DNA of 64,000 bases from an uncultured Erysipelotrichaceae bacterium (GCA_902772915.1 CACYCE010000004.1:10746-74745), one strand, 5' to 3'; numbered from the stretch's first letter, positions 26,193-37,540 are shown. The notes: generated by a model not told the origin, from the sequence alone. Translations and numbers: made by a program.

Positions 26193-29100
26193 ATGAAAAA
26201 GACTTTTGAAGAAATCTTCAATAAGGGCGAGTTCACTTACGCCTACAACAACAGAGCGGATTTCTCCAGAGTAAGTGGTCAATTAGATTTACCTTACTTA
26301 TGTGAAATTCAAACCGCTTCGTTCAACTGGTTAATTACCGAGGGAATCCAAGATGTCTTAAAGGATTTCTTCCCGATTTCTAACTCTGACAAGACAATGA
26401 CTCTCGATTATGATTCATTGTATTTTGATGAACCTAAATACGATTATTTCGCTTGTAAGACTGGAAGTTACACTTACTCCCGTCCTCTTCACGTTCGTTT
26501 AGTTTTAGATAACAACGGTGCTAAGACTACCGGTTCTATTTTCATGGGTGATTTCCCTATGATGACCGACTCTGGAACTTTTGTTATTAACGGCGTTGAA
26601 AAAGTTGTTGAATCTCAAATTGTCAGATCCGCTGGCGCTTATATGCACAAAGAGGAAGTCACTTCTTCAGCGACTTTCAATTACGGTGCTGATATCATCC
26701 CTCAAAGAGGTACTTGGTTAGAATTCTTATCTGATGCTAAGAACTTACTTTGGGTTAGAATCGACAAACAAAAGAAAGTTTCAGCTTTGACTTTATTGCG
26801 TGCTTTAGGTATCACTCACGATACTGAAATTAAAGATTTATTCGGCACTTACAATGAAATGTTGAATAAGACTTTAGAAAAGAATCCGGAGACTACCGAT
26901 TTTAAGACTTCCACTCCTGAAATAGAAGCTTCCATTTCTGCTTTGAAGGAAATCTACGGTAAGTTAAGACCTGGTGAACCTATTGCTGATAGCGATGTAG
27001 CTAGACAAATTAGAGCGAGATTCTTCGTTCATAAGAATTATGATTTAGGTCCGGCTGGACGTTATAAATTAAATAAGAAACTCAATATCTACGAAAGATT
27101 ATTGGGTAGAGTTATATCTCAAGATTTGATCAACGAAGAAGTTGGTGAAATAGTTGTCGAAAAAGACACTTTGATCACTAGAGAAATCTTGAATAAGTTA
27201 GAAGATAGCAAATTCTTCGAAAAGAATTGTGTCAGAACATTCTCTTTGAATCCTGACTTAATTGAAGATGAATTGAAAAAACAAGGCTTGATGTACAACA
27301 AAGTCAATGTTGTTAACGTCTACGCTGACGAAGAAAAGAGCAGAGAAGAAATCATCGTTGGTAACGATATCACCATCGAACAAGAATTCTTAACTCCTTC
27401 TGATATCGTCGCTTGTTTCTCTTATTTCATCAACATCATCGATAACGTTGGTAATGTCGACGATATCGATCATTTAGGAAATAGACGTATTAGATCTGTT
27501 GGTGAATTGATTCAAAATCAGTTTAGAACTGGTTTATCTAGAATGGAGAGAATCATCACTGAAAAGATGTCCATTTCTAAAGATAATACTTCTGTTGTTC
27601 CTGATGATTTAATCAATATTAAACCTTTGACTAGCTGCATCAAAGAATTCTTCAATTCTTCGCAGTTAACTCAATTCATGGATCAAGTTAATCCTCTATC
27701 AGAATTATCTAACAAGAGAAGAATCTCCGCTTTAGGTCCTGGTGGATTAACTAGAGATAGAGCTTCTTTCGAAGTTAGAGATGTCCATTATTCTCACTAC
27801 GGCAGAATCTGCCCTATCGAAACTCCTGAAGGTCAAAACATCGGTTTGATCGGTAACTTAGCTTGCTATGCCAAGATTAACAAATTCGGTTTCATCGAAA
27901 CTCCTTATAGAAGAGTCGTCAATAGAGTTGTTCAAGACGCTACTGATTATTTATCAGCGGATGATGAAAAAGAACACGTTATCGCTCAAGCTAACGTCAA
28001 AATTAATAAAGAAACTAAATTAATTGAAGAAGAGAGAGTCTTAGCTAGAAAAGGTGGTGAAACCATCATGGCTAATGTCGATGAAGTTGATTACATCGAT
28101 GTCTCTCCTAAACAAATTGTTTCCGTTGCTTCCGCTTGTATTCCTTTCTTGGAAAACGACGACTCCACTCGTGCGCAAATGGGTGGTAATATGCAACGTC
28201 AAGCTTTACCTTTACTTCGACCTCACGCTCCTTTTGTTGGAACTGGTCTTGAACATAAGATTGCTACCGACTCAGGTGTTGCTGTCACCGCTAAGGAAGA
28301 TGGCGTAGTAACTTACGTTGATTCTAAGAGAATCGAAGTTAAATCTAAGAATGGTGCCACCACTTATCAATTGAAGAAATTTATGAGATCTAACGCTGGT
28401 ACTTGCATCAATCAACAACCCATCGTTCACGTTGGCGATAAAGTTAAAGTTGGTGATGTCTTAGCTGACGGTCCTGCTATGGATCATGGTGAATTGGCTT
28501 TAGGTCAAAACGTCATCATCGCTTTCACTACTTGGCATGGTTACAACTACGAAGATGCTGTCATTATGTCTGAAAGATTAGTAAAAGATGATGTTTATAC
28601 CACTTTGCACATTGTTGATTATCAATGTGATAGAAGAAAGACCAAGAATGGTAAAGAAGAATTCACCGCAGATATCCCTAATATTTCAACCAAGATGAAG
28701 GCTCACCTCGATTCTAGAGGCGTTATCGTTCCTGGTTCAGAAGTTAAAGAAGGGGATATCTTAGTTGGTAAGACCTCTCCTAAAGGTGATGTTGAATTAT
28801 CTCCTGAAGAGAAGTTGTTACAATCTATCTTCTTATCCAAATCTAAAGATCAAAAAGACACTTCCTTGCGTGTTCCTCACGGTGGAGGAGGTATTGTTTT
28901 AGATGTTAGATATCTATCTAGAGCTAACGGAGATGAATTACCTCCTAACGTTCTAGAATCTATCAAAGTTTACGTCGTTCAGAAGAGAAAGATTTCCGAA
29001 GGTGATAAGATGTCTGGACGTCATGGTAACAAGGGTGTTATCTCTAAGATTGTTCCTGTTGAGGACATGCCTTTCTTACCTGATGGAACCCCTGTTGATA

Positions 29101-29888
29101 TCTTATTGAACCCTCTAGGTGTTCCTTCTCGTATGAACATCGGTCAAATCTTAGAAGTTCACTTAGGTATGGCTTGTGCTAAGTTAGGTGGATTGAAAGT
29201 TTCTACTCCAGTCTTCGAAGGTATCACTAATGAGCAAATCGCTAAGATGATGAAAGAAGCTGGTATGGAAGAAGATGGCAAGACCGTCTTATATTCTGGT
29301 GAAACTGGTGAGAGATTTGATTCGAGAATCAACGTCGGTGTCATGTACATGATTAAATTGGTTCACATGGTCGACGATAAATTACACGCCCGTGCGACTG
29401 GACCTTACTCTTTGGTTACTCAACAACCTTTGGGTGGTAAAGCTCAAAAAGGTGGTCAGAGATTCGGTGAAATGGAAGTTTGGGCTTTGGAAGCTTATGG
29501 TGCTGCACACGTCTTACAAGAAATGCTCACCATCAAATCTGATGATATGGTCGGTAGAAATGAATGCTACGAGGCCATCTTAAAGAACAAGCCTATTCCT
29601 AAACCTAACATGCCTGAATCTTTCCGTGTCTTAATCAAGGAACTTCAATCCTTAGCAATCGATGTTTCCTTGTTTGCTCCTAATGATCAAGGCGTATCTG
29701 AGCCTATCGATATCTCTTCTTTAACTAGTGAATCTATTAAGTTAGAGAAGAAGATTCAAAATTCCATCTTCAAGATGGGTGAATCTGAATTAGATGAATC
29801 TACTCAAGCTTCCGCTGAAGAATTGTTAGATAGCAACAACTCTGGTGAAAAGGATCTCGAAGAAGAGAATCCTTTCGAAATCGCTTAA
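26193..29888 (+). CDS. rpoB: RNA polymerase beta subunit
   Basis: [47 protein letters not shown]. Confidence 0.99.
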   Translation: MKKTFEEIFNKGEFTYAYNNRADFSRVSGQLDLPYLCEIQTASFNWLITEGIQDVLKDFFPISNSDKTMTLDYDSLYFDEPKYDYFACKTGSYTYSRPLHVRLVLDNNGAKTTGSIFMGDFPMMTDSGTFVINGVEKVVESQIVRSAGAYMHKEEVTSSATFNYGADIIPQRGTWLEFLSDAKNLLWVRIDKQKKVSALTLLRALGITHDTEIKDLFGTYNEMLNKTLEKNPETTDFKTSTPEIEASISALKEIYGKLRPGEPIADSDVARQIRARFFVHKNYDLGPAGRYKLNKKLNIYERLLGRVISQDLINEEVGEIVVEKDTLITREILNKLEDSKFFEKNCVRTFSLNPDLIEDELKKQGLMYNKVNVVNVYADEEKSREEIIVGNDITIEQEFLTPSDIVACFSYFINIIDNVGNVDDIDHLGNRRIRSVGELIQNQFRTGLSRMERIITEKMSISKDNTSVVPDDLINIKPLTSCIKEFFNSSQLTQFMDQVNPLSELSNKRRISALGPGGLTRDRASFEVRDVHYSHYGRICPIETPEGQNIGLIGNLACYAKINKFGFIETPYRRVVNRVVQDATDYLSADDEKEHVIAQANVKINKETKLIEEERVLARKGGETIMANVDEVDYIDVSPKQIVSVASACIPFLENDDSTRAQMGGNMQRQALPLLRPHAPFVGTGLEHKIATDSGVAVTAKEDGVVTYVDSKRIEVKSKNGATTYQLKKFMRSNAGTCINQQPIVHVGDKVKVGDVLADGPAMDHGELALGQNVIIAFTTWHGYNYEDAVIMSERLVKDDVYTTLHIVDYQCDRRKTKNGKEEFTADIPNISTKMKAHLDSRGVIVPGSEVKEGDILVGKTSPKGDVELSPEEKLLQSIFLSKSKDQKDTSLRVPHGGGGIVLDVRYLSRANGDELPPNVLESIKVYVVQKRKISEGDKMSGRHGNKGVISKIVPVEDMPFLPDGTPVDILLNPLGVPSRMNIGQILEVHLGMACAKLGGLKVSTPVFEGITNEQIAKMMKEAGMEEDGKTVLYSGETGERFDSRINVGVMYMIKLVHMVDDKLHARATGPYSLVTQQPLGGKAQKGGQRFGEMEVWALEAYGAAHVLQEMLTIKSDDMVGRNECYEAILKNKPIPKPNMPESFRVLIKELQSLAIDVSLFAPNDQGVSEPIDISSLTSESIKLEKKIQNSIFKMGESELDESTQASAEELLDSNNSGEKDLEEENPFEIA

Positions 29889-29899
29889 TAAGGAGGTAA

Positions 29900-32800
29900 A
29901 TGATAATGTTTGATTTAAATAAATTAAGTGCTATTCAAGTTAAACTTGCCTCTCCTGAAACTGTAAAATCTTGGGCGGTTAGAGTTAAAAAAGATAAAGA
30001 TACTGATACTACTATCACTATCGATGGTGAAGTTTTAACTTCAGAAACCATCAACTACAGAACTCAAAAGCCTGAACCTGGCGGATTGTTCTGTGAAAAG
30101 ATCTTCGGTCCCACTAAAGATTATCAATGTTATTGCGGTAAATATAAAAAGCCTAGATACAATGGTAAAATCTGCGAAAAGTGCGGTGTCGAAGTCACTA
30201 CTAAAGCTGTTAGAAGAGAGAGAATGGGTAAGATTACTTTAAATTCTCCTTGTACTCACATCTGGTTCTTAAAGGGTACTCCTTCAAGAATCTCCGTCTT
30301 GTTAGACGTTCCTCCTAAACAAATCGAGGAAGTCGTCTATTATGCTTCTCACATCGTCGTCAATCCTGGTAATTGCCCTGGATTGAGCTTAGGTATGGTC
30401 TTAAGTGAAAGAGATACTAGATCTAAATTCACTGAAGTTATCAACGCTTTGCTTAACGATCAAGAGCATTATCCTAATTTGGATAGAGAAAGAGCTTATT
30501 CTATCGTCGAGAGATTAGGTCATTCTGATATCCCTGTCGATTTTGTCACTTTCTCTAAATTCATTTCCACTTACACTGGTGCAACCTTCGATTGGGGTGC
30601 AGAAGCTATCAAGACTTTATTAGCTTCCTTGGATTTAGATGTCGTTTTCGAACAAATCCAAGAGAAATTAAAGACTACTACTGCGCAAAACCAAGCTAGA
30701 ATCAAACTTTTAAAGAGATTAGAGCTAGTTGAAGCTTTTAGAAAGTCCAAGAATAAACCTGAATGGATGGTCTTGACTGTTTTACCTGTCATGCCTCCTG
30801 ATTTACGTCCTATGTTACCTCTTGATGGTGGTAGATATGCCGCTTCTGATTTGAACGACTTATATAGACGTGTTATCAACAGAAATAACCGTTTGAAGAA
30901 ATTCATTGATCAAGGCGCTCCCCAAATCATCACTATCAACGAAAAGCGTATGCTTCAAGAAGCTGTCGATGCTTTAATCGATAACGGAAGAAGAACTAAG
31001 GCTGTTGTTGGTGCAGGTAATAGACCTTTAAAGTCTTTATCTAGCCAATTAAAAGGTAAACAAGGCCGTTTCAGACAAAACTTATTAGGTAAGCGTGTTG
31101 ATTACTCCGGTCGTTCAGTTATCGCTGTCGGTCCTACTTTAGAGATGGATCAATGTGGTATTCCTAGAGAAATGGCGATTTCTTTATTCCGTCCTTTCAT
31201 CGCTGCAAAGTTGATGGCGGATAAGAACGCTTCTACTAGAAAGCAAGCTGATAACATGATTGACTCCGCGGATGAAAAGGTCTTAGATGCGATTGAAGAA
31301 ATCATCAAGACTCACCCCGTTTTACTCAATCGTGCTCCTACTTTACACAGATTAGGTATTCAAGCCTTTAGACCTGTTTTAGTCGAAGGTCGTGCAATCC
31401 GTTTACACCCTCTAGTTTGTACTGGTTTTAACGCAGACTTCGATGGTGACCAAATGGCTGTCCACGTCCCTCTTTCTAAGAAAGCTCAACAAGAAGCTGT
31501 CGACTTAATGATCGCTTCTCACAATATCTTAGGTCCTAAAGATGGTCAACCTATTTGTATTCCTACTCAAGATATGTTGTTAGGTAACTATTACATCACT
31601 TTAGAAAATGATGTCGAAGGTTTAAAACAACAAGCTAGATATTACGAGAAGTTTGGTGATACTACCGAAGCAGAAAAGTACAAATTGTACGCTGAATGTG
31701 AAGGTAAAGTCTTCGCTTCACCTGATGAAGTCTTAATGGCTTACAACAACCGTTTAATTCACTTACAATCGAGAATTGCGATTAGAGCCTCTTCTTTAGG
31801 TAAGTCTTACTTCAATAAGGCTATGAACAAGTCTTATTTAGTAACTACTCCTGGTAAGATTATCTTTAACTCTATTTATCCTGAGGATTTCCCTTATATC
31901 AATTCTGCTGCCGATTGTGTATTTGAACATACCGGTGAGAAGAAACCTTACGAAGCTGATGAAAATTATTTACCTGAAGGCTTCTTACCTTACGGAACTA
32001 ACATTAAAGAATATTTAGCTTCTAAGAAGTTAAATAAACCTATTTCTAAGAACCAAATTTCTGCGATTATCACCGAATTGTTCTATCGTTATCAAGCCGA
32101 AAAGACTTCTCACATCTTAGATGCTATCAAGAATTTAGGCTTTGAATATTCCACTATTTCTGGTATCACTGTCGCTTTATCTGATATCTCTGCGGATACT
32201 TCAGATTTAGGTATTGAATCTCCTTTGGCGGACAAACAACAAATCTTCGATGAAGCTGAAAAAGAAGTTCAAAAACTTCGTGATCAAGCTGATGAAGGTG
32301 AATTGGACGAAGATGAACGTTATAAGAAAGTTATCGCTGTTTGGAACGATGTTTCCGAAAAGATTACTTCTAAAGTTAAGAAAGTTATCGATTTAGAGGT
32401 CAGAAACCCCGTCTTCATGATGTCTTCTTCTGGCGCTAGAGGTAAGACTACTAACTTCGTTCAATTAATCGGTTTGAAAGGTTTGATGGCTAGACCTGAT
32501 GGTTCTGCTTTGGAAATTCCTATTAAATCTTGCTTCAGAGATGGCTTATCTGTTTCCGAATTCTTCACCGCTACTCACGGTGCTAGAAAGACCGGTGCGG
32601 ATACCGCGTTAAAGACTGCTGACTCTGGTTATTTAACTAGAAGATTAATCGATGTCTCTCACGATGTCATCGTCAGAGAAGAAGATTGCGGTTGTGATCA
32701 CGGTATTGTCGTAAGAGATATTATGTCTAGAGAGCCGCATCCTGATGATGAAGCCAAAGGACAATATCCTGAAGTTATCGTTGAATTGAAAGATAGAATT

Positions 32801-34051
32801 ATCGGAAGATTCTCCGTTAACGATATCATCAATCCTCAAACTAAGGAAGTTATCGTTCCTGCTAACACCATGATTGAAGAAGATACTGCTAACAAGATTG
32901 TCTCTGCGGGTATTAAAGAAGTTGAAATTAGAGCTTTGTTTACCTGTCAAACTAAAGATGGCGTCTGCGTCCACTGCTACGGCCGTAATTTAGCCACTGG
33001 TAAAGTTGCGGAAATTGGTGATGCTGTTGGTATTATGGCTGCTCAATCTATAGGTGAACCTGGTACTCAGTTAACTTTAAAGAACTTCCACTCCGGTGGT
33101 GTTGCTGGTGAAGAAGATATCACTCAAGGTCTCCCTCGTGTCCAAGAAGTTTTGGAAGCTAGAACTCCTAAAGGTGAAGCTTGTATCACTGAAATCCCTG
33201 GTGTTGTCAAAGAAATTCACGTCCACGATTTAGATAAGAAGATTTACGATATCACCATCGTTAACAACAGCGTCAATGTCTCTACTCAAGAAGGTGAATT
33301 CTTACCTGAAGAGAAGACTTACACTACTAACGCTCACGCTTATGTGATTGTTGAAGAAGGTCAAGAAGTCGTCGCTGGTCAAAAATTAACTGCTGGTGCT
33401 ATTGATCCTAAGAAGTTATTAGATTGCACCGGTGTTCCTACTGTTGAATCTTACATCTTAGAAGAAGTCGAAAAGGTCTATAAATCTCAAGGTATCGGTA
33501 TTTCCGATAAACACGTCGAAGTTATCGCTAGACAAATGTTAAGAAAAATCGCTATCGTCGATGCTGGTGATACCGATATGTTACCTGGCACTAAAGTTGA
33601 CGTTAATGAATACACTGAGAAGAACGGAGAAGCCTTAATCAGTGGTAATAAACCCGCTGAAGGTAAACCTGTCGTCTTAGGTATTACTAAAGCTGCTTTG
33701 GATACCGCTTCCTTCTTATCTTCCGCTTCCTTCCAAGAAACCACTCGTGTCTTATCTGATGCGGCGGTCAAAGGAAAGATTGATTATCTCCACGGTTTGA
33801 AAGAAAACGTCATGATCGGTAAGTTGATTCCTGCCGGTACTGGCTTCAACGGTGATGTCGATAGCGATGAACTTGCTGAAGATGAGTCTATGATGGCTGA
33901 TGACTTCAATCCTAACTCTTTAACTCCTATCGAAATGAGAGGTTTAGAAAGAGTTAACTACGGAGTCGCTAAGAAAGAAACTTCTACTTTTCAAGACGAT
34001 TCTCCTGAAGCTTTAACCGAATCTATCACTCAAGATTTAGTTGGTGAATAA
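29900..34051 (+). CDS. rpoC: RNA polymerase beta-prime subunit
   Basis: CEKIFGP, Zn-finger cysteines, RFRQNLLGKRVDYS, NADFDGD, AAQSIGEPGTQL, SFQETT. Confidence 0.99.
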   Translation: MIMFDLNKLSAIQVKLASPETVKSWAVRVKKDKDTDTTITIDGEVLTSETINYRTQKPEPGGLFCEKIFGPTKDYQCYCGKYKKPRYNGKICEKCGVEVTTKAVRRERMGKITLNSPCTHIWFLKGTPSRISVLLDVPPKQIEEVVYYASHIVVNPGNCPGLSLGMVLSERDTRSKFTEVINALLNDQEHYPNLDRERAYSIVERLGHSDIPVDFVTFSKFISTYTGATFDWGAEAIKTLLASLDLDVVFEQIQEKLKTTTAQNQARIKLLKRLELVEAFRKSKNKPEWMVLTVLPVMPPDLRPMLPLDGGRYAASDLNDLYRRVINRNNRLKKFIDQGAPQIITINEKRMLQEAVDALIDNGRRTKAVVGAGNRPLKSLSSQLKGKQGRFRQNLLGKRVDYSGRSVIAVGPTLEMDQCGIPREMAISLFRPFIAAKLMADKNASTRKQADNMIDSADEKVLDAIEEIIKTHPVLLNRAPTLHRLGIQAFRPVLVEGRAIRLHPLVCTGFNADFDGDQMAVHVPLSKKAQQEAVDLMIASHNILGPKDGQPICIPTQDMLLGNYYITLENDVEGLKQQARYYEKFGDTTEAEKYKLYAECEGKVFASPDEVLMAYNNRLIHLQSRIAIRASSLGKSYFNKAMNKSYLVTTPGKIIFNSIYPEDFPYINSAADCVFEHTGEKKPYEADENYLPEGFLPYGTNIKEYLASKKLNKPISKNQISAIITELFYRYQAEKTSHILDAIKNLGFEYSTISGITVALSDISADTSDLGIESPLADKQQIFDEAEKEVQKLRDQADEGELDEDERYKKVIAVWNDVSEKITSKVKKVIDLEVRNPVFMMSSSGARGKTTNFVQLIGLKGLMARPDGSALEIPIKSCFRDGLSVSEFFTATHGARKTGADTALKTADSGYLTRRLIDVSHDVIVREEDCGCDHGIVVRDIMSREPHPDDEAKGQYPEVIVELKDRIIGRFSVNDIINPQTKEVIVPANTMIEEDTANKIVSAGIKEVEIRALFTCQTKDGVCVHCYGRNLATGKVAEIGDAVGIMAAQSIGEPGTQLTLKNFHSGGVAGEEDITQGLPRVQEVLEARTPKGEACITEIPGVVKEIHVHDLDKKIYDITIVNNSVNVSTQEGEFLPEEKTYTTNAHAYVIVEEGQEVVAGQKLTAGAIDPKKLLDCTGVPTVESYILEEVEKVYKSQGIGISDKHVEVIARQMLRKIAIVDAGDTDMLPGTKVDVNEYTEKNGEALISGNKPAEGKPVVLGITKAALDTASFLSSASFQETTRVLSDAAVKGKIDYLHGLKENVMIGKLIPAGTGFNGDVDSDELAEDESMMADDFNPNSLTPIEMRGLERVNYGVAKKETSTFQDDSPEALTESITQDLVGE

Positions 34052-34060
34052 TATACAAAT

Positions 34061-34095
34061 AAAGATTGCTGCACTTAGGTGTAGCAATCTTTTTT
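34061..34095 (+). terminator. Terminator of rpoBC
   Basis: AAAGATTGCTGCAC-TTAG-GTGTAGCAATCTTT plus T-run. Confidence 0.9.
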
Positions 34096-34130
34096 ATTTA
34101 AATTTAAAAGGCAATTCTATGGTGATATTT

Positions 34131-34159
34131 AAAAAGCACCTTTCAAAATTGAAAGGTGC
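34131..34159 (-). terminator. Terminator of the minus-strand lipoprotein gene
   Basis: GCACCTTTCA-AAAT-TGAAAGGTGC perfect stem with an A5 run on the left (T-run on the minus strand). Confidence 0.85.
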
Positions 34160-34183
34160 GTAAGTTATAAATGGGAATAATAA

Positions 34184-36469
34184 TTAATTTCCACCGAAGA
34201 CTACACCGCTAGGATAAGTTTCAGAGAAGAACGTCACTTTATTATTTTCATTATCATATTCGAAATGACCAATTTGATTATTCTTTTCGTCGTAGATAAT
34301 ACTATGTTCAAAATCAATAAGTTGATCTGAATAATTATAGTAGTCATTATTGACTATCTTATATATAACATATCCATCAACATATTTAGTAGCGGCTTTA
34401 TATTCACCTAAGTCAAGAATTTTAGCTCCACATATTAAACAATTATCATGTTCATCAGTGATATGAGGGATTGTTACATTATAATAGAATTTCTTATTAG
34501 CACTATCGAATAAAAATGCATATAAAGGATGATTAATATCATCAGCGTGAGAAATTAAGTTTCCATCATGAATGTTAGAATAACGGAAATATAAATCTTT
34601 ATCGCATTTATCACATTTTGCTGAGAAATAGTACGCATTATCTTTATCGATATGAGTTGAAGAATTTCCAAGTGCTTCTGCGTATTGGTCGTAAGTTAAT
34701 GATTTAATTTCTGTATAATTGTGATCAATTATATCAGTGGTTTGGGTTATGTTACCACATCTAGAGCAAGTAGAGATTTCCATACTTATACACGAATCGA
34801 TTTTTACAATCTGTTCTGTAGAGGCGTGAACAGTATAAACGTTATAGGCATTAAATGATTTGTATGGAGTCGCTGCATCGATTAGTGCTTTTACATCATT
34901 ACTAGAACTATCAAAAGATAAATTCTCTCCGCCGATATTTTTATAGACTTTATAAGAAACTTCGCTAACAGTGTAGCAACTATTATTACCAATACGGTTT
35001 GGCTCACCTTCTTCTTGTGTGTATAAGATATCAAAATCTGGTAAATAGTGAGCATTTAATCCATTATCGAGAGTATAATCGTAATACATTAAATGTTGCT
35101 GATTACCCGAACCGGATGTATTATCAATAGGTTGTTCATAATGTCCGATATCTACGCCGAAAATGCGACCGTCTTCAGTCTTACGGAATCCAAATAAATA
35201 ATATTTACCACCATCAGGGAATTCTTTTAAAAGATAATCTTCTTCAGATATATATTTGTCAGAACATCCCCTAATATGTCCACTGACTTTACAAACGCCA
35301 TATGTTTCATCATAATCATAAGGTTTTCTCTCATCTAGATATAAACCACAATCATCGCATCTCTTGCGGTATCCGTTTTCATTCCAGTCATAATTGAAAG
35401 GTTTAATCGCGTGATTTTCACACTTAGGTGTCTGACTAGGTAAGTCGTCGATTTTAACGTCTTTGAAACTATTGACAGTTAAATAAACACCGTTTTGTTC
35501 TCCAAGAGTATCACCTTCACTTAGATGCATCATCTCTTTGAGAATTTCTTTGTCGTAAGTTAATTCAAGTTTTGTGAGTTCATTATCTGCAAAAGTCGCG
35601 ATAATAGATTCAAATCCGACTGGAATTTCACCCATTACTTGAGCAAGTTCCTTGCTGATTTCTTCATCGAATTTATCACTTGTTAAAGAATATTGATGTT
35701 TAACAGCATCGTGCTCACCAAGAATTACAGTTTTTCTTGAAAGAGTAGAAAATACTGAAAAAAGCATATCTGTTTCGCTTATGTAGCTATCAGAATAATA
35801 TTGAAGACCATACACATCTCCTTTTTCGTCTGTAGTTACATAATAATATTGCTCGTTATCTTCATCGTAAAGATCGTAATTATTATATCCTCTTTTAATG
35901 ATAGTACTGTATTCACTCTTGTCATCACTAATAACAACGTCATCTTCATCACTATGCGCCGCAAGAAGTGAAAGAAAATCTTCTTCGCTCATTTTATATA
36001 ACTCTGCAGCATCTTTGACTGAAAATGCAGTAATACTATAAGAAGTTGCACGTATAGCATTATTCTTACCTAACTTTCTGATATTTGAATCGTATTTTTG
36101 AGTATTACTCATTGCTGGACGCTTTTGAGTTTTTGCATATGATGCTGACATAATAGTCGTATAATTCAAATCAAAATTGCTGACTTTGTCTAAATTAGCA
36201 ATAATAGTTTCTTTATTATCTAATACTCATTGACTACTAGAAGAAATGGGTAGAGAAGAAGAGACTGCTGAAGATACAGGTGACGATTGTGAAGAAATCA
36301 CCGCAGAAGAAACCACAGAGGATGCCACAGAAGATGCAGTTGAGGATGCTACTGTGGAAACGACAGAAGAACTCGTCCCGCTTTGACTTGATAGTGACTG
36401 ACTATTTGATGAATTACATGCACTAAGAAGTAAACAAGGGACAAGTATAAATAACTTGCCAACTTTCAT
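34184..36469 (-). pseudogene. Cys/His-rich surface lipoprotein gene interrupted by one in-frame TGA (codon 81, 36227..36229)
   Basis: ORFs 36227..36508 and 34184..36169 share a frame and are joined by 19 open codons. ATG 36469 has a GGAG RBS and a lipobox LSA-C; the downstream piece has no RBS. Confidence 0.8.
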
Positions 36470-36753
36470 GATATGTATGCTCCTTTTTTTAATAATAAAT
36501 GGTTTCATTTATATTTATAAGTGGTGATGATTCATTTTTAAATGGCGTTTTTTATGTAATTTATGCAAAAATAAAGTTATTAAATTGATTAAGACGGCGC
36601 GTTTTGTTATATAATTTCTTACCAAATAGTGATTTAAATAAGAAGAGTAGATAAGGATGATATATAAAAAAGCACCTTTGATATAATCTCGGGCGCGTAA
36701 ATGCATATTAATAATATTCTTAAATTAATTGTTACTTAATAATTTTAATGTAT

Positions 36754-37341
36754 TTATTTTTGCTTTTTATGCGGACATTCGTGATGTTTTCTACATCTAG
36801 CTTCGTAGGATTCACTAGCTCCTACTAAGACGACAGGATCTTCATAATAAGCGGGCTTGCCATCGATTATTCTTTGAGTTCTAGTAGCAGCATCTCCGCA
36901 AATCTTACAAGAAGCTGATAATTTAGTGACGAATTCTGCTTTAGCAAGAAGGGTAGGCATAACTCCAAAAGGTTCACCTCTGAAATCCATATCTAGACCT
37001 GCACACATGACTCTTATGCCTCTAGAAGCGAATTTATCGATAATAGGAATCACGCTTTCTCCGAAGAATTGAACTTCATCAATAGCGACGACATCAGTTT
37101 CTTCAGTGACGTAATTTAACATTTCTTCAGGCTTTTGAATAGGATAGGCTTTATATCTTCCTCCCGCGTGAGATGCTATAGATGTCTCCGAATATCTATC
37201 GTCTATTGAGGGTTTAAAACAGATGATATTCTTTCTAGCGTAACGCAATGTTCTTATTCTTCTAATTAATTCTTCGGACTTACCAGCAAACATGGGACCA
37301 GTAATAACTTCAATCCAACCTTTTTGAAACTCTTGATACAT
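36754..37341 (-). CDS. tdk: Thymidine kinase
   Basis: GPMFAGKSEELI, IDEVQFF, GLDMDFRGEPF, C..CG, YEARCR. Confidence 0.97.
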   Translation of the reverse strand: MYQEFQKGWIEVITGPMFAGKSEELIRRIRTLRYARKNIICFKPSIDDRYSETSIASHAGGRYKAYPIQKPEEMLNYVTEETDVVAIDEVQFFGESVIPIIDKFASRGIRVMCAGLDMDFRGEPFGVMPTLLAKAEFVTKLSASCKICGDAATRTQRIIDGKPAYYEDPVVLVGASESYEARCRKHHECPHKKQK

Positions 37342-37443
37342 ATTTATTAATCCTCATTAACATTATAACTAGATTTTTATCTTGTGTGTTTTACATCTTT
37401 GACTTTTTTGCTAAACTATACATGTTCAATTAGAACGAACTTA

Positions 37444-37540
37444 TATGAGTAGAATTTAAGCGTCAAGTGCATAGAGATGGGAGGTCGCTCTATGACGAAG
37501 GAAAGTTTCTTTCCGCGGTTTAAATTCGCAGCCGCTTATA
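37444..37540 (+). ncRNA. THF riboswitch (class I)
   Basis: GAGTAGA...GCGT.AAGTG...ATGGGA.GTCG...ACGAA...GCGG...GCA.CCGCT matches the THF aptamer consensus; upstream of a folate ECF S component. Confidence 0.9.

Noticed and set aside
36227-36229. Genome-wide TGA recoding (code 4 or 25) as the explanation of the split gene
   Set aside because: TGA ends genes at 9983..9985, 41483..41485 and 48111..48113 (the last in an ATGA overlap), and no other long ORF here needs TGA readthrough; Trp is TGG.
36190-36229. Selenocysteine insertion at the in-frame TGA
   Set aside because: The codon lies in a Ser-rich tether, not a redox motif. The downstream hairpin is AT-rich and lacks the bacterial SECIS apical-G pattern, and no sel genes are in view.
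36682-36706. Purine-riboswitch-like fragments (TATAAT...GGGCGCGTAAATG)
   Set aside because: The central P2/J2-3 consensus (ATATGG, TTTCTACC) is missing and it is not upstream of a plus-strand gene. It is better explained as the decayed terminator copy.
36515-36706. 63-aa minus-strand ORF
   Set aside because: No RBS or recognisable motif; it overlaps the promoter and terminator region between tdk and the lipoprotein gene.
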